A stretch of DNA of 63,741 nt, counting the filler, from Intoshia linei (taxonomy: Eukaryota; Animalia; Orthonectida), in the NCBI GenBank assembly GCA_001642005.1. It is 7 parts of 7 records of this genome, joined end to end, with 100 filler letters (N's around TTAATTAATTAA, not from the genome) between each part and the next. Parts side by side here need not be neighbours in the genome. Positions count along the whole stretch, not along the records: positions 34,672 to 44,801 come from LWCA01001358.1; positions 44,902 to 57,957 come from LWCA01001037.1; 5 more parts are not named here. One strand, written 5' to 3'. Position 1 is the first letter of the stretch; each line of letters starts with the position of its first letter. The notes beneath the pieces were generated by a model. It was not told where the DNA came from. It was given only the letters and a program-made list of their open reading frames with translations, and made no database searches. The translations under genes were made by a program, and so were the position numbers. Shown here piece after piece: positions 41,301 through 56,894 of the stretch.

Positions 41301-42535
41301 ACGTGTTGGTTCATTTCGTAATTTCGACTGCCTGATTAAATAATTGTAACACGTCATACACATTAAATGCCCATTGCGACACTAAAAATGTATAAAATTA
41401 TTAACTTTTCAAATTATCATATTAGTTACACAATATTCTTAACTCAAGAGTCTTGGTTAGTTTTTTTAAGTCTTAGAATATTAAAAAGAACAAATTCCAG
41501 GTCAGTTTTCTGGTTGTAATCCTTACTTACATGTATATAATATGCTATGCAATATTTGTTTGTGTGTGTCTGTTACCGTTTTTTTCAATAACTACCAGTC
41601 TTAGAATTTTATAAGTCCACATTTCAATTACAGTTTTTTCGGGGTGTTAGAAAAATAAATTTCAACCTCTCAAACTCACATCTTACTGGTCAAAAAGGCA
41701 AATTGTTTTTTTTTGAAAATCAAACGAGTTCGAGAATTCAAAAATATACTCTGATACGATTAAGATATAATAATTCACTTCACAGTAAAAATTAATGTGA
41801 TATGACAGTTCCACCGGAAACAAGTTTGGAAACCACTACTTTAAAAGATTGATAATAGTGAATAGTAGGATTTTTAAGTTAGATTTTTTTGGTAGATAAT
41901 AATGTGCCCTTGGCAGAGCTAGGTGCTGTTTGTGCGTAAGACATAACAGTCAACCTAGTTATTTATATTGTTTTTACTTATGTAAACTAATTTAGCTAAA
42001 ATTTAAGTCTGTTTGAATATTAGGGACTAGAGAAAACGAACCAATTCTCATCTATACATTTACAGGTATTAGTAATTTGTATGTAAAAAATAATCACTTT
42101 ATAAATATATATACAATGTACATAAAATAATGAACTTAAAATTAACCTGAAAAATGGTTTTTATTGGGAGATCTAAACACACAACACAATTGAAAAAATC
42201 AAAAACTTTTTCTTGAAGGTAATGTTTAACATGATTATCTCCATCGCAAGGTTTTTTGCAAAAAGACACATCTAAATTCATAATAATTAAGTATGTATTT
42301 GAAATTTGACTAATTTAGTCATAAATATAAAATTAAAATTAATATATTATTTTTACAATGAAAATTATCAATTTTCTAAAAATATTTTACCTTCTTCAAA
42401 TACTGGCATTTTAATACCAGTTTTTTTAATCTGATATTCCTTTTCTCTTTTTAAAATATTTTGAATTTGATTACGGACAGATGGATCTTGTCGAATAATT
42501 TTATTTAAACGTCTTTTAGCAGAATGATCCGACAT
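38350..42535 (-). CDS. CYHR1: Cysteine and histidine-rich protein 1 (RING-like + TRAF-type zinc finger)
   Basis: Exons encode CVVCLDLPIKTIFQ / CRNGHLMCMTC..TRCPICRIN / RNLVVQNILSELPSKCKYC / VNCPYRLLTCKWRG..EHKINCEFP / YTEEYFPKLYYKS..F..W, colinear with CYHR1/ZFTRAF1. ATG at 42535. Confidence 0.88.
39873..41010. mobile_element. hAT-type non-autonomous element with TAGGG termini, in a CYHR1 intron
   Basis: TIRs TAGGGTTGTTCA / TGAACAGCCCTA; perfect TSD ATATACAT at 39865-39872 and 41011-41018. Confidence 0.8.
41520..41958 (+). mobile_element. Helitron-like family A copy with both termini (439 bp)
   Basis: A|TCCTTAC... 5' end followed by a GT-rich simple tract; 3' end ...CAACCTAG|T; inserted between A and T with no TSD. 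Confidence 0.75.
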
Positions 42536-43525
42536 TCAAACAAATTTTGCGGTTTGTGCTTTTATAATTTTAAGTTTCTATAAATGTAAATGTAATATTT
42601 ATAAAAATTTACTACTAAATGACTTATTATAGTTTCATCTCTTGGTGACTACTATGAAAACGTATGCAATAATTGTAATTAATTTAACTGTAACTATAAT
42701 TATAGTGGATACATTAATTTACGTTAATAATTAAATAAATATAAATAATCTTAGTGTATGTGAATACTATTAGAAACATATCTATTTAATAACTATGGAA
42801 AATAAGATTATATGCCTGATTAACTTAGAATCAATTTTGAGTTTTGATTGTTTATACTATAATGTGTTAAGCTAGAATAATGTTAAAGTTAATGTGTAAA
42901 GTCATTATTTTGTGAGGAAAAGTTTACCGCTAATTTTCCACTTAGGATACAATTTTTTTTAATATATTAAGTTATATATTAATGTTTTTATTATTTACCT
43001 ACAATAGTATTTTCACATACAGTGAGAAGTGACAAGTCACATATTATATGTCTATTTTTAGTTCCGCTTTAAGTAATTTTAAAGGTACGTGAGCAGAATG
43101 AAATATTTTGAGTCAAAACGCGACAGAAATTAATCAATTTTAGTAGCGATTGTAGTGAATTGGTTTGAATTTAATCATCAGGAATGTGCGCTGCACCAAA
43201 GTTTCCATGATGCGATTCAAAAGTGACAAAAAATTAGAGAGCACATTTTTTTAAACAAAACTGATTGAACTTGCAGTAAATAAAAATATTATTTATATAT
43301 TTTTTATATGGTTTATTAAAAATTATTAAAATATTAATTCAAAAGTAATTTTAAACTTTTATTTAAATATCCAATAATCATTATTATTTATTATTATTAT
43401 TATTAATATAATGGTATCATGATTGCTGGCGATCTTCTAAATTCCAGAGCAAGGATTCTTAAACCTGGGCTATATTATTTATTTTCAAAATAAATTTATT
43501 TCATTCATTTCGTTTTGCCTTACAT

Positions 43526-43815
43526 TAGTGATTCTCAATAGGTGCGCCAATGAGTCATCCAAAATTTTAATTTTAATTTTAAACAATTTTAAATTTCAAT
43601 TAAAATTTTTATTATGTGTTGTCGCTCACTTTAAGACAGTGGTTCCCAACCGGTGGGTCGAGAGAATTGTAATAGTATTTTGATAATAATACACATATAT
43701 TTTTATTACAATTTTATTAAGGGTCGCAAAAAAAAACATTTTTTTCAAAAGTTGGAAACCACTGCTTTAAAATATTAGTTCCCATTCCTGACTAGAATAA
43801 TTATTATTACATATA
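43526..43815 (+). mobile_element. Second copy of the composite hAT element (inner MITE 43637-43764), truncated by a TAGGG-ended element at ~43818
   Basis: Same outer sequence and same inner insertion site (GTCGCTCACTTTAAGA|CAGTGG) as 25032-25611. Confidence 0.7.
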
Positions 43816-44901
43816 TATTAGGGTGGAGTGATTTCACAGCAAACAAAAATGGTAGTTCACATATCATGACAAATAGTCTAAATATACACCAAAATCAAAA
43901 ATTTTGAGGTGGCCCCCGTCGGTATGGTGGCCCTGGCCACCAGGATGCAGCGGGGCCAAAAATCGACAATATCGCTATAACTTTTGATACGCTCATCGTA
44001 GATAGTCGATTTGGGGCTCATAATGAGCGAAATAGTCAACTGTGTATCTGTCCTAATAGAACTTTTTTCTCTTGGGGGTACAAAAAAAAGTTATTAGGCA
44101 AAAACCACTTTTTTACAATTTTTTTTGCCAATTTTCGTATTTTTTTTATTTTAAAGAAAGCACGTTGGGGAAAGAACAGAGGTATATGACCTACAGCCAG
44201 AGTAACAAAATATCACCTTAGTTACATTGTAATATACCCATAAGAGCCTGAAGTGTACGAAAAATAAAGATTAAGTGCTAAATGTAAAACAAGGAGTAAA
44301 ATGTAAGTCAGTGCAATGTTTAACAAATAAAGAAATAAATTGTATAGATTAGTATACGGTGTATTAATGAATTAGGCGGTGAAAGATAAAGTTATAGTGC
44401 AAAATGAATATTGTAAAACAGTAAAAGTAGAGTGGTATAAATATGTTTATTAAAAAAACAAATTAAGTGAATAGAAAAAAATAGAATGAACGAAAATAAG
44501 GCCGAGACAACGACATCAATTAAGTGTCTCTAAATCTAACTTGTAGGTATTTTTTATGTTTTTATACTTACAATCCTTTTTTACAGAAAACTTACCATAC
44601 CAGTAACTTTACTTTGTACATACTATACCTTAACATTCAATTATTGTTCTACTGGCCTTTTATTGCACTTCGTTCATCAGAATGGCGACTATGAGAAGTT
44701 CTATGAAAAATTCTTCATAGCGGTTATACCTTCTCAAGCAATCCATTATTCGGTAGACAGAAGCTCCCAACCAAAACTAATGTCATTGAACGAGCATTAC
44801 ANNNNNNNNNNNNNNNNNNNNNNNNNNNNNNNNNNNNNNNNNNNNTTAATTAATTAANNNNNNNNNNNNNNNNNNNNNNNNNNNNNNNNNNNNNNNNNNN
44901 N

Positions 44902-45281
44902 TGTTCTTGAACAACCAGCAACATTTGATAATGACGTACATGTTTGAATTGGAGACCATTTAAGAACCATCTTTGAGTTTTTGTCATAAACATTACATAT
45001 ATTTTCATTAGTTTCCGATACGATATGCCCCATATGAATTCATAAAGTAAAATATGTCTGATATGACCATCATAATCATCCAATTATTTTCTCTAAATAC
45101 TAATTAAAAATATGTTTGTCATCAGAAATTACTCTTTTATCTTAAATACTAATTAAGTTGGAAATTAATCTTTCATCGAATACACATTTGTCCATATTTC
45201 GTAAAAATAAAAAAATAACGCACAGTAAATATTCGTAAAGATATAATGATTTATAATAAAGTTACAATAAAAACGACCTAA
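44902..45281 (-). mobile_element. Mariner-like element 5' remnant
   Basis: HIRHILLYEF...TQRWF resembles the Mos1-type N-terminal HTH; TA|TTAGGTCG terminus at 45281. Confidence 0.6.
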
Positions 45282-45492
45282 TATTTATACAAAATATTTC
45301 TTACTTATCAAAAGATGACACTGAATATATTATCATGTTACAAGAAATCAGTATATGTTAAAGGTATATAAAATTTTATTTTTGCTGACATTCATGTTAT
45401 TTATGACAAAAGACCGCCCTCGGCAGAGCTATCTGCTGTTTGTACAAAGTATATAGTAGTCAAGCTAGATTTATATAATTATTTTAATATAT

Positions 45493-45884
45493 TCAATTAA
45501 CCCATCCTTGTTAATAACAGTTATATACAATCAAAAATTAAATTTACGCAAGAAAAATTCTACATCTTTAATTTCTAGGGCATCTGATTTGCGATGTTTT
45601 GCCAGGCGGCAGGCACCTTCAATTGCTTTTTCAATAAACTCATCAGATATGTTAAGCAACACCTATAAAAGAAATAACATTAATAAACAATTTATATTAC
45701 ATTTTCGGATTGTCGGTCAATAATCTCATAAGCGTCGACTTCTCGAAGTAATTGTTTGATAGTGAGTCTGTTGATCACAGAATTTTCATTAGCGCTGGAA
45801 TTGTCTATAAATAAATACATGTATTGATGGAAATAAACCGTTTGTATTAAAATCTTGTTCCTTGTCATTCGTTTCGGAATTCAT
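45493..45884 (-). CDS. TAF12: TFIID subunit TAF12 (H2B-like histone fold); 3' end uncertain
   Basis: Exons 45884-45839, 45804-45701, 45662-45548 (introns 34 and 38 nt) give IKQLLREVDAYEIIDRQSENVLLNISDEFIEKAIEGACRLAKHRKSDALEIKDVEFFL, matching TAF12 LVREVDP..LD..VE..LL.IADDFIE....AC.LARHRKS..LEVKDV. Confidence 0.88.
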
Positions 45885-46159
45885 TAAAGTTTCAAAAAAA
45901 TATTATGGTGTACTCAAAATGAAATGGTATATAAGGATACTAATGCATAAAATTAAACTTTATTTCTAATAAATACTTTGATCACACAGTTTCACGTCAC
46001 ATGTAAAATCATTGTTTTTTTGCATTTTAATCAACATGTACCACTATCTGAGAACTTGATTAAATTTTCTGAGTTCCATTTGATTAAAATACTAACGTAT
46101 ATTATTACTATACAATTGTAGTGATGTACAAAAAAATTATTAAAAATATTATTTTTTAT

Positions 46160-46683
46160 CTGGACTGCGTAGATACCTCGGATTGAACTTTTGTATTTAT
46201 ATCAACTAGAATAAGCTCTATCAGAATAATATTATTTTTTTTAATTTTCGGACCATTAATTATTTCACATTTTTTGTATTAATAAAATATTTGGAAAAAA
46301 AAAATATGAATACTAAAATGCTTTTTTGATCGTGAAGTCGTCGCTTATTCGGATTGAAATTTTCTGTGTGTTAACAGGATACAACTGTACCATCTGTAAA
46401 TTTTTTTAATTATAGGGCTATTTTAACTAAAAAAAAAAGTAATTTGTGGATTTGGTCCTTATGATATATTTTTTAATTCTCCTACTCGTTTGATTAAAAA
46501 AAAGGACAATTTGGCTTTTTGACACGTAAGATGTGAGTTTGGGAGGTTGACATTTATTTTGCTAACACCCCGAAAAATCTAATTGAAATATGGATTTTAT
46601 AAAATTCTAAGACGAGTAGTGATTGAAATAAACGGGAACAGACACACAAATAAATATTGCGTAGCATATTATATATGTAAGGA
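46160..46683 (-). mobile_element. Helitron-like family A, 5' portion
   Basis: A|TCCTTAC 5' end at 46683; similar to 30480-30936. Confidence 0.7.
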
Positions 46684-46720
46684 TATAGCCAACATCATTA
46701 TTAATTATAATTTTAATGTT

Positions 46721-49368
46721 TTACAAATACAATTTGTTTGAAACTTCAGAATTTGAAAGAAATCTCATTTTTGGGATTTTACGGGATATAGTATTCATAT
46801 TTTTATACTGCTTTCTATCACGTAGCGTTATTTCATCTAAACATAAATATACTGCTTTAAAATTAGTCAAGTTAATTATAATTATTATTAATTATCGGTA
46901 AATAATTAGAAAATTTTTGTATACTGTATTTGACGTGCACGATCATAATAGCAATGTTAATAACAGCGACTATTGTTGTAATGTTGATAAATTTAAATAT
47001 TATTTTTTTATTTTATAATTTTTTTTTAAATATTAACGACGACAAATAAATTAAATTTATCAACATTATTACAATAGTCGCTATTTTGCAATAGTTACTG
47101 TTATGATACTTTTTGAAATAATGCATTGAATTTATCAATTAGAAAAAAATGAAAAAATTTCAAAAAAAAAATTATATATTTTGTATATTTCTCAAAAATT
47201 ATACAGTAAAAAAGATGTATGAAACTCATGACTAGTGAGTCACATTTTAGGAATTTTGAAATATACCTTCAATAGTTTTAATGGAATCCAATGGTATAGT
47301 TTTGTACATCCTGTATAAACTATTGTGAACGACATAGCATATATAAGTAAATAAAGAAAAGCTTGGCCAAATAATCACCCAATATCTAAATTGAATAAAT
47401 TGATAAGTATGACCAATAATAGTTGACCATATTAGTCTTAATCATCATATATAGAAATATTACACATATTTGAAATAAATATGATACAATGTATTTAAAA
47501 TGCATATCCTTTTCGGAACATGTCGAAAGTTTTAGTATCACAATTATTACTTGCTCTCGAGATTTTTCGAGAAATTTAAAACATTCCTTTATCAAATCTA
47601 TAATTTAATTTAAAAATTACTTTTTGGGTTGATAGCTAATTCCAATATACTTAACAATGTATTCAACAGGACAAATTGACCACAATATAAATGTTACTGC
47701 ATTGATAAATAATTACAATTATAATTACATAATAAACAACTACATAATGAAGGTAGGGTCAGAGCCGAACCTATCATGCTCTAATGCTCTAAGCTGCCGA
47801 AAATAATCATAGGTTCCACTAAATTTTTCGCCAACGATTTTTAATGCCATATAACTCCTATTTACCTCTCAACGGGTTGTTTGGACTTGACAGTTTAAAT
47901 TTGAATCACAAAACAGTAATGACCTTGAAAAATATTATTTCTCAACGCTCAATTGGAAAAACGAAGCAATCATTTTACAAAAATTTCATGAAACCACACG
48001 AAGGAAGAGTTTCGTAGGTTCGATTTCGATAGGTTCTGCTCTGGATTATCCAAGACGTTAGTCATGGGTAACATGTTCCCAGATAGATTTTGTACAGCTT
48101 AGAACCAATTATCACCAAGTTGGTCAGGAATAATTACTTTTTAAAAATTATAAACACAAAACTTACATTTAATATCTATAATGTAGATATTTAATAGAAC
48201 ATAAATTCTGGGACGCTTTTAAAATCATTAACATTGTCGTAAATCTAAGCCTCATAAACGCATACATTCATAGTCAAAACCCCATATTACCCTTTGTTTT
48301 AAAAATTAAACATGTCTAAAATTTTATAAAAAATAAATTTTAAGATAGTTTTTAAATTATTCGCCTTATCATAAATGGCAACGTCAAAAAAGTGAATTTT
48401 CATGTTAAAAACCCCAGATTATCCTTTTTTTAAATGAAAATATCCTAGAATTAAAAAAAAATTATAGGTGAGTTATATCCAGTTAATTCACTCAAAAAAT
48501 TTCAATCTAACAAAGTAGTGCTTTCACAGTCAAAAAAGTACTTGAGTATTAATTTTTTTTATTTCGAAACTATTTTCTTAAAACAAAAAATATGAAATAA
48601 TTAACGGTCCTAAATTAAAAAAAAAATAATGTTGATACAGCTTATTCCAGTTGATATAAATACAAAATTTCAATCTAGAAGTCTACGGATTCCCGTTGAA
48701 AAGTAACTATTAATATATATTATCCACCAATATTTTTCCAATTTTTAAGATTGTACTGTTCTGACTTTATTTTTAAGATTACGCACTTATTCTCTTTAAT
48801 AAATTAAAAAATGGAATTACAAAATTGTTTTTAAAATTCTTTACTCTAATGTTAACAAAATAAAATCCAAATAATTAACTTTAAATATCATAATGTAATG
48901 TGATATGACGGGTCCATGTGAAACAAATTTTGGATCCATTCCTTTAAAGTTTAATGGATTAATAATGGTGAATGTAGTATTTTTAAGTAAGCTTTTATTA
49001 TTGAAAATAAATTTACTTTTTTGGTGGAATTAAAAAAATCCACCCTCGCAGAGCTAGGATGCTGTTTATAAGAATTACATAATATCGAAGCTAGTTAATT
49101 AATAAAATTCAAAGTGTTTTAAAATGATTGGTTTGTCAGGATTCGAAAATATTTACATTTTATCTAAACTATATATTCAATAGTATAAAAATACTCATTA
49201 TGGCTGTGATCATTACATAGAGAACCATTCCATATATTACCCGATATGAAGCGGGGTTATTGCTAAGATATTCGTATTTCAATCGTTTATTTCCACCAAT
49301 ATTTTTCATTTGTAACTTTTATAATTATAAAATGATAAATTAAATTTATTCACAAATTTTTCAGTCAT
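46721..49368 (-). CDS. PIGP: GPI-GlcNAc transferase subunit P (~148 aa)
   Basis: Exons 49368-49354 (tentative), 49315-49195, 47696-47621, 47385-47267, 46836-46721, all GT-AG and phase-compatible: NPASYRVIYGMVLY..FILWSICP..IGISYQPKKYWVIIWP..TIPLDSIKTIED..IPKMRFLSNSEVSNKLYL*. Confidence 0.85.
46942..47107. repeat. Foldback/inverted repeat (~55-bp arms) in PIG-P intron
   Basis: AGCGACTATTGTTGTAATGTTGATAAATTTAA pairs with TTAAATTTATCAACATTATTACAATAGTCGCT. Confidence 0.75.
48285..49094 (+). mobile_element. Helitron-like family A, internal to 3' portion
   Basis: Internal blocks shared with other copies; 3' end CACCCTCGCAGAGCTAGGATGCTG...GAAGCTAG|T. Confidence 0.6.
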
Positions 49369-49999
49369 GGGAATTATATTTAAAGTACATTGTTATTAAA
49401 TGCACTTATATTATAATATAATTATATTTGACTAAAATAATAATAAAGACGTAGAACGCCAATAATTTGGTTTACATTAATCGAATTTTTAATTAATAGT
49501 AGGTCTACCAAAAATATATTAAACTTTTACATATTACAGTACATTGTAATGTAGTTTTAATTCACAAGTTCTACCTAATTATAGTTAAACAGGTACAATC
49601 AGCTAGCCTGTAATGACAGCTTTATTAATATAAAATAAACGTTTCATTAATTTTGGGGCTGCAGCCGGCTGAAATTATTAGTGTAATGTTTGAATCATGG
49701 AAAAAAGTGTATTGTACTTCATTTTCAAAATATATATGTACCCGTGCGAAAGTTTTAGGCATTGCTTCAATCGGACACTTAAAACATGTTGACAACCAAA
49801 TCGTTTTCTATGTTATGAAAAAAAAATATATTTATTTTTTTGAGAGGAATTCCTTTTTTATGCTTATAAATAATTTCCTGAACTGCATATCTCGATATTG
49901 AGAACTCCCGTACGATTTTGGTCTGCTGGTATCCTTTCAAAAAAATCACTTATAATCTTCATTATTTCTGGGGTAATATGTCATCTCAATTGTCTACAT

Positions 50000-50730
50000 C
50001 AGAGTACACAACCTGCGGCCGTGAGAGCATTTATGTGCGACAATGGGTAATCAATGTAATCAATGATCATAATAAAATATATCATTTGAAATCACTTCAA
50101 ATGGAAAAGTTTAAATTTTACATTTTATTCAAAAGTAATTTAAAATATTTAAATCAAAGTTACATTATTGACTTTGCCCCAGTTTCTCTAATTAATTAAA
50201 ACTTGTTGATACATGTATTAAAATTTAAAGAAAATTCTTTTATTAGAACTAAACTTTAGGTCTAAAGTAAAGATTTAAAGTAGGTAGTAAGAATACTGAT
50301 CCGTACTGAGCAATAGTTCACAATAATGGAAGAATCGACCTCTTTGGGCCGATTCAAGTTTTTCATACGATAGAAAATTTACATTATTAGTTTGTAGTTA
50401 AAGCATGTTAAAATGTTTACATTGTTAAGACGCGAAATATTTCAAATCTTTATAACTTTGCACAATGGGCATCTTTTTAAAATGACTTAATTGAAATTTG
50501 GTAATTTCTCTAATGTGCAATGAAATATACCATTTTACGTCAAATTGAATAAGTCCAAATCAGATTTTATTCAAGGGCTAATTAAAATATTTTTATCAAA
50601 AAGTTAAATCTTTGACTTTGGCCACTCTCTTACAATGCATTTATACTTTCTCAATGTCAAAGTAAATTTTGTGCGGCCGTAGTATCAACGAGTAAAGTAG
50701 CTTTTCGACTAAATTGGTGTGCTACCCCTG
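50000..50730. mobile_element. hAT-type MITE
   Basis: CAGAGTACAC...GTGCTACCCCTG ends with near-perfect TSD GTCTACAT/GTCTACAC. Confidence 0.6.
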
Positions 50731-51328
50731 GTCTACACAATGTATAGCTATGACTGAAATGTACATATCAATGAAGAATAAAGGGTGGAAAATACAAATT
50801 GCCTAAAACTAATGCACGGAAAATATGATTGATATTTATAAAATTATTAATAACCTTTTATTTGTAATACAGTGAAACCTCTTTATAAACATTTTCAAAA
50901 ATTCGGAATTGTTAATATTTACATACTAAAAAACACAGTAATTTAGGATTGAGAACCTTTTATCTAAGGTCCCTAAAACTTTTGCACGCGCCTGTACAAC
51001 ATTAATAGTAATTAATTATAATCAGTTGATGATATTCCCTTACTTTTTGCTAAATATTATAATACTACTGTATATAAAATGTACATTGCTATAATTTAAT
51101 TTGTGTAATTGTAGTACATATTTTTTAGTAGAATTAAAAAATTTGCTTAATAAATATTCGATGGATGAAATTTAATAGTGTAACAGGAATAATAAGTTTT
51201 TTTAATTCTTGTGTGGTTTAAATTGCAAATTTTGTGATCTAAAAGTCGAAGAAATCTTAAAACAAGGAAAACATTAAATTATATAAAATATACGGTGATA
51301 TACTTTTATAGAACATTAAACCAAATAT

Positions 51329-53941
<2,613 letters not shown>

Positions 53942-54329
53942 TAATAAATAATATAAAAACAAATATTTTAAAATGTAAATGACACACTAGAATAGGCGAT
54001 ATTAAATTCAATTATACAAGAATTTGAAATATTTGATATCCGTAGCAAAATTTAAAATGTACTAATTGGATTAAAATTTAACTTTAATTGAACTTATTAT
54101 TTACGTTATACATTTATGGTATTCATAAATTGTAAATTATTACCACAAAACGGTGCTTCACCTCTATTTTCTGATAAATTAACACTTTAATTATAATTAA
54201 ATTATTTAAGTATAATTATATACTTCCAATTAACACAAATGATTAACTAAGGTTTTTGAATTCTAACCGCATTATTTTTACTCACATTCGATAGAGTGTA
54301 ATTTTTTGAACATTACCATGTACTGTAGG

Positions 54330-55112
54330 TAGTTATTGTGATTTCCCGGAAAAAATAAAAAATTTTTATTCATATATTAAATCAAGAAGCATTAAAAATT
54401 TTAGAGACCTTAATTAATTTTAGAAACAAAAGAAATTTAATTAATGAAATAACACGAATCTAAATTGAAATTTACAAATTTAATTAAAAAAAAAATTATT
54501 TATTTTATATTGTTGAAAAAGTGTTTCAAAACACACATAATATTAATAGATTTGTTTTTTAAACGGGTTCTACGTTTTGTAACGAAATTAGAAACAGTAG
54601 AGAATTTTCTTTCATTTTGTGTTGACGTAGGTTGAACGGTCATAAAAGCCTTTTTTAATTTTAACAATTTTGATAATAGCGTTCCAGTTTGTAACAATTC
54701 ATAATATTTTTCAAAATAATATTGGAAAAAGAGGATAATTTCCTCAAGCGTTAGTAATTTGTGGTTGGAATAAGAGGTTTTAAAAAAAAGTATTGGAAAA
54801 AGGATATTTTTTTATTAAGGGCTGGAAAATTAGATTTTTTATTTGTAGATTTCGTAAAATCGGGTTTTTAAAAAGAATATCGGTGTAAGACAATTTTTCC
54901 ATGAGGGCTTGAAATGGTATTTTTGATTAAATTATATTACTGGTAGGATTTTTGAAATAATAAATTTTAAATATTATAATATAATCATATTTTCATAGTT
55001 ATAAACATAAATCAAATATAGGTATGTCTCAATTTTTTTCGAGAAATCCTGGGAAATTTAATCCCCGGAAATTATTAAATATCCCGAGAATTTTGTTCCG
55101 GCACAATCACTA
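54330..55112 (-). mobile_element. Internally deleted hAT transposon retaining the C-terminal dimerization region (ORF 54500-54697)
   Basis: TIRs TAGTTATTGTG / CACAATCACTA, TSD ACTGTAGG/ACTGTAAG; QPTSTQNERKFSTVSNFVTKRRTRL matches the hAT dimerization motif PTS...ER.FS......TKRR.RL. Confidence 0.8.
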
Positions 55113-55519
55113 ACTGTAAGGTAGGGTGTCAACTTTTTTTGTTTTTTTTTTTCGTTTTTAATAAACGTGTAAAATCTACACTGTAGATTTAAATTGAATT
55201 AAAATATTTTTTAGGTATATAGCTGTAAAAAATTTATAAAAATAATCATAAACGAATTCGCGGTGAATGTTTTAATATTTACAATGAAAAAAAGTTATAA
55301 TTCACACTAATTTATCTTTTAATCATTTTAAAATGTCTCAAAAAAATAGAAACATTATCATTGGAAATTAAATTTCATTTAATATCAATTATAGGAAAAT
55401 ACTTACAGTAATAAATGTATTGCAGAGGTTATTATGGTTAAAAGAAACGCAGAAGGTATGCCCATTTCGACAAATATCAAAAGACGTTGTTTCCATTTAT
55501 ATTAAAACTGGCTTGAATA

Positions 55520-55972
55520 TAAAATATATGAATACTAAAATGCTTTTTTCACCGTGAAGGCTTCACTCATTCAGATTGAAATTTTTTTTTTGTGTTAACA
55601 GAATACAATTGTACCGCCTGTAATTTAGTTTTAAATTATAGGGCTGTTTTCATTAAAAAAAAAGGTAATTTGGGATTTTAGACCTGAAGATATATTTTTT
55701 TAAATTTATGATAATAGTTATGATTTTAAAGTCCATATCAGAGTATATATTTTTTTAAATTTTCAAACTCGTTTGATTTTCAAAAAAAAGGACAATTGGG
55801 CTTTTTGATCCATAAAATGTGAGTTTGGGAGGTTGAAATTTATTTTGCTAACACCTCGGAAAAAAATGTAATTGAAATGGGGACTTTATAAAATTCTAAG
55901 AGTGGTAGTTATTAAAATAAACGGTAACACACACATAAACAAATAATGCATAGCATATTACATAAGTAAGGA
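55520..55972 (-). mobile_element. Helitron-like family A, 5' portion
   Basis: A|TCCTTACTTATG 5' end at 55972; similar to 11200-11511 and 58058-58312. Confidence 0.7.
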
Positions 55973-56194
55973 TTAATTAAATATTTTCTAAAAATTATAT
56001 TTAAATTAAAAAATGAGTTTATTAACCCTTGAACTACCGATCAAAAAATATAACTAAAACTACCAGAGGTGGTGATTTTAACAGTGTACATTTTACAATA
56101 CCTGAATACGAAGTCCGAATTTTCGACTTGTAATTTGGGACATTAACAGGAAACTTTTGATAAAAAGCGATTATTATGGAGAAAATGGATAGAT

Positions 56195-56492
56195 CAGTGG
56201 TCGGCAACCTTTTGAATCTCATAGGCTACTTTTTTATACCAAAAAATTGGACGGCCCAGTTTTTGAAAATTTATACATGCTACATTTCAATTATAAATTA
56301 AGAGAAACGGTTCAGTATATTCAACAAAATAAAATCCAGGGCGATCTAAAAATTCAGTATTGAAATAATTATAATGAGCAAATTATAGTAGAAAGTGTTT
56401 AAAAATAAAAAATTTACATATTTACTCAAAGAGTCATCAAAATTATTCTGTGGGCCACGTTAGGCCCGCGAATCACTGTTTGCCGAGCCCTG
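56195..56492. mobile_element. hAT-type MITE
   Basis: TIRs CAGTGGTCGGCAA / TTGCCGAGCCCTG; TSD GGATAGAT/GTATAGAT. Confidence 0.7.
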
Positions 56493-56894
56493 GTATAGAT
56501 TAACTGGAAAATAAAAATACCTCAATTTGTATAAAATGTAATGTCTGTATCATTAAAAAATTTCGTCTTTGGCAGAGCTAGCTGCTGTTTGTAATAAGTA
56601 AATAATAGTCAAGCTATTTCGAAATAAAGATAAAAAATTATTCAAGAAATATCTAATCAGTAAACATCTTAAACAAAAAAAAATCCAAGAATATCAATTA
56701 TCTTAACGATCTGTGACAAGACATCTCATTTATCGTTATCCGAAATCCATAAATTAATATTCTGTTAACATTGAAGTTCTAATCTAATATCTTCACTACA
56801 AACATGTCACACTAATAATATAATAATAATAAACAAATTGCAGATACTTAGGTTGCATAATAAATTCCCATAAATGTCAATAAAACAGAAAGAT

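Noticed and set aside
47386-47595. 69-aa ORF on the minus strand
   Set aside because: Lies within a PIG-P intron, has no recognisable motif and is not needed for the PIG-P frame.
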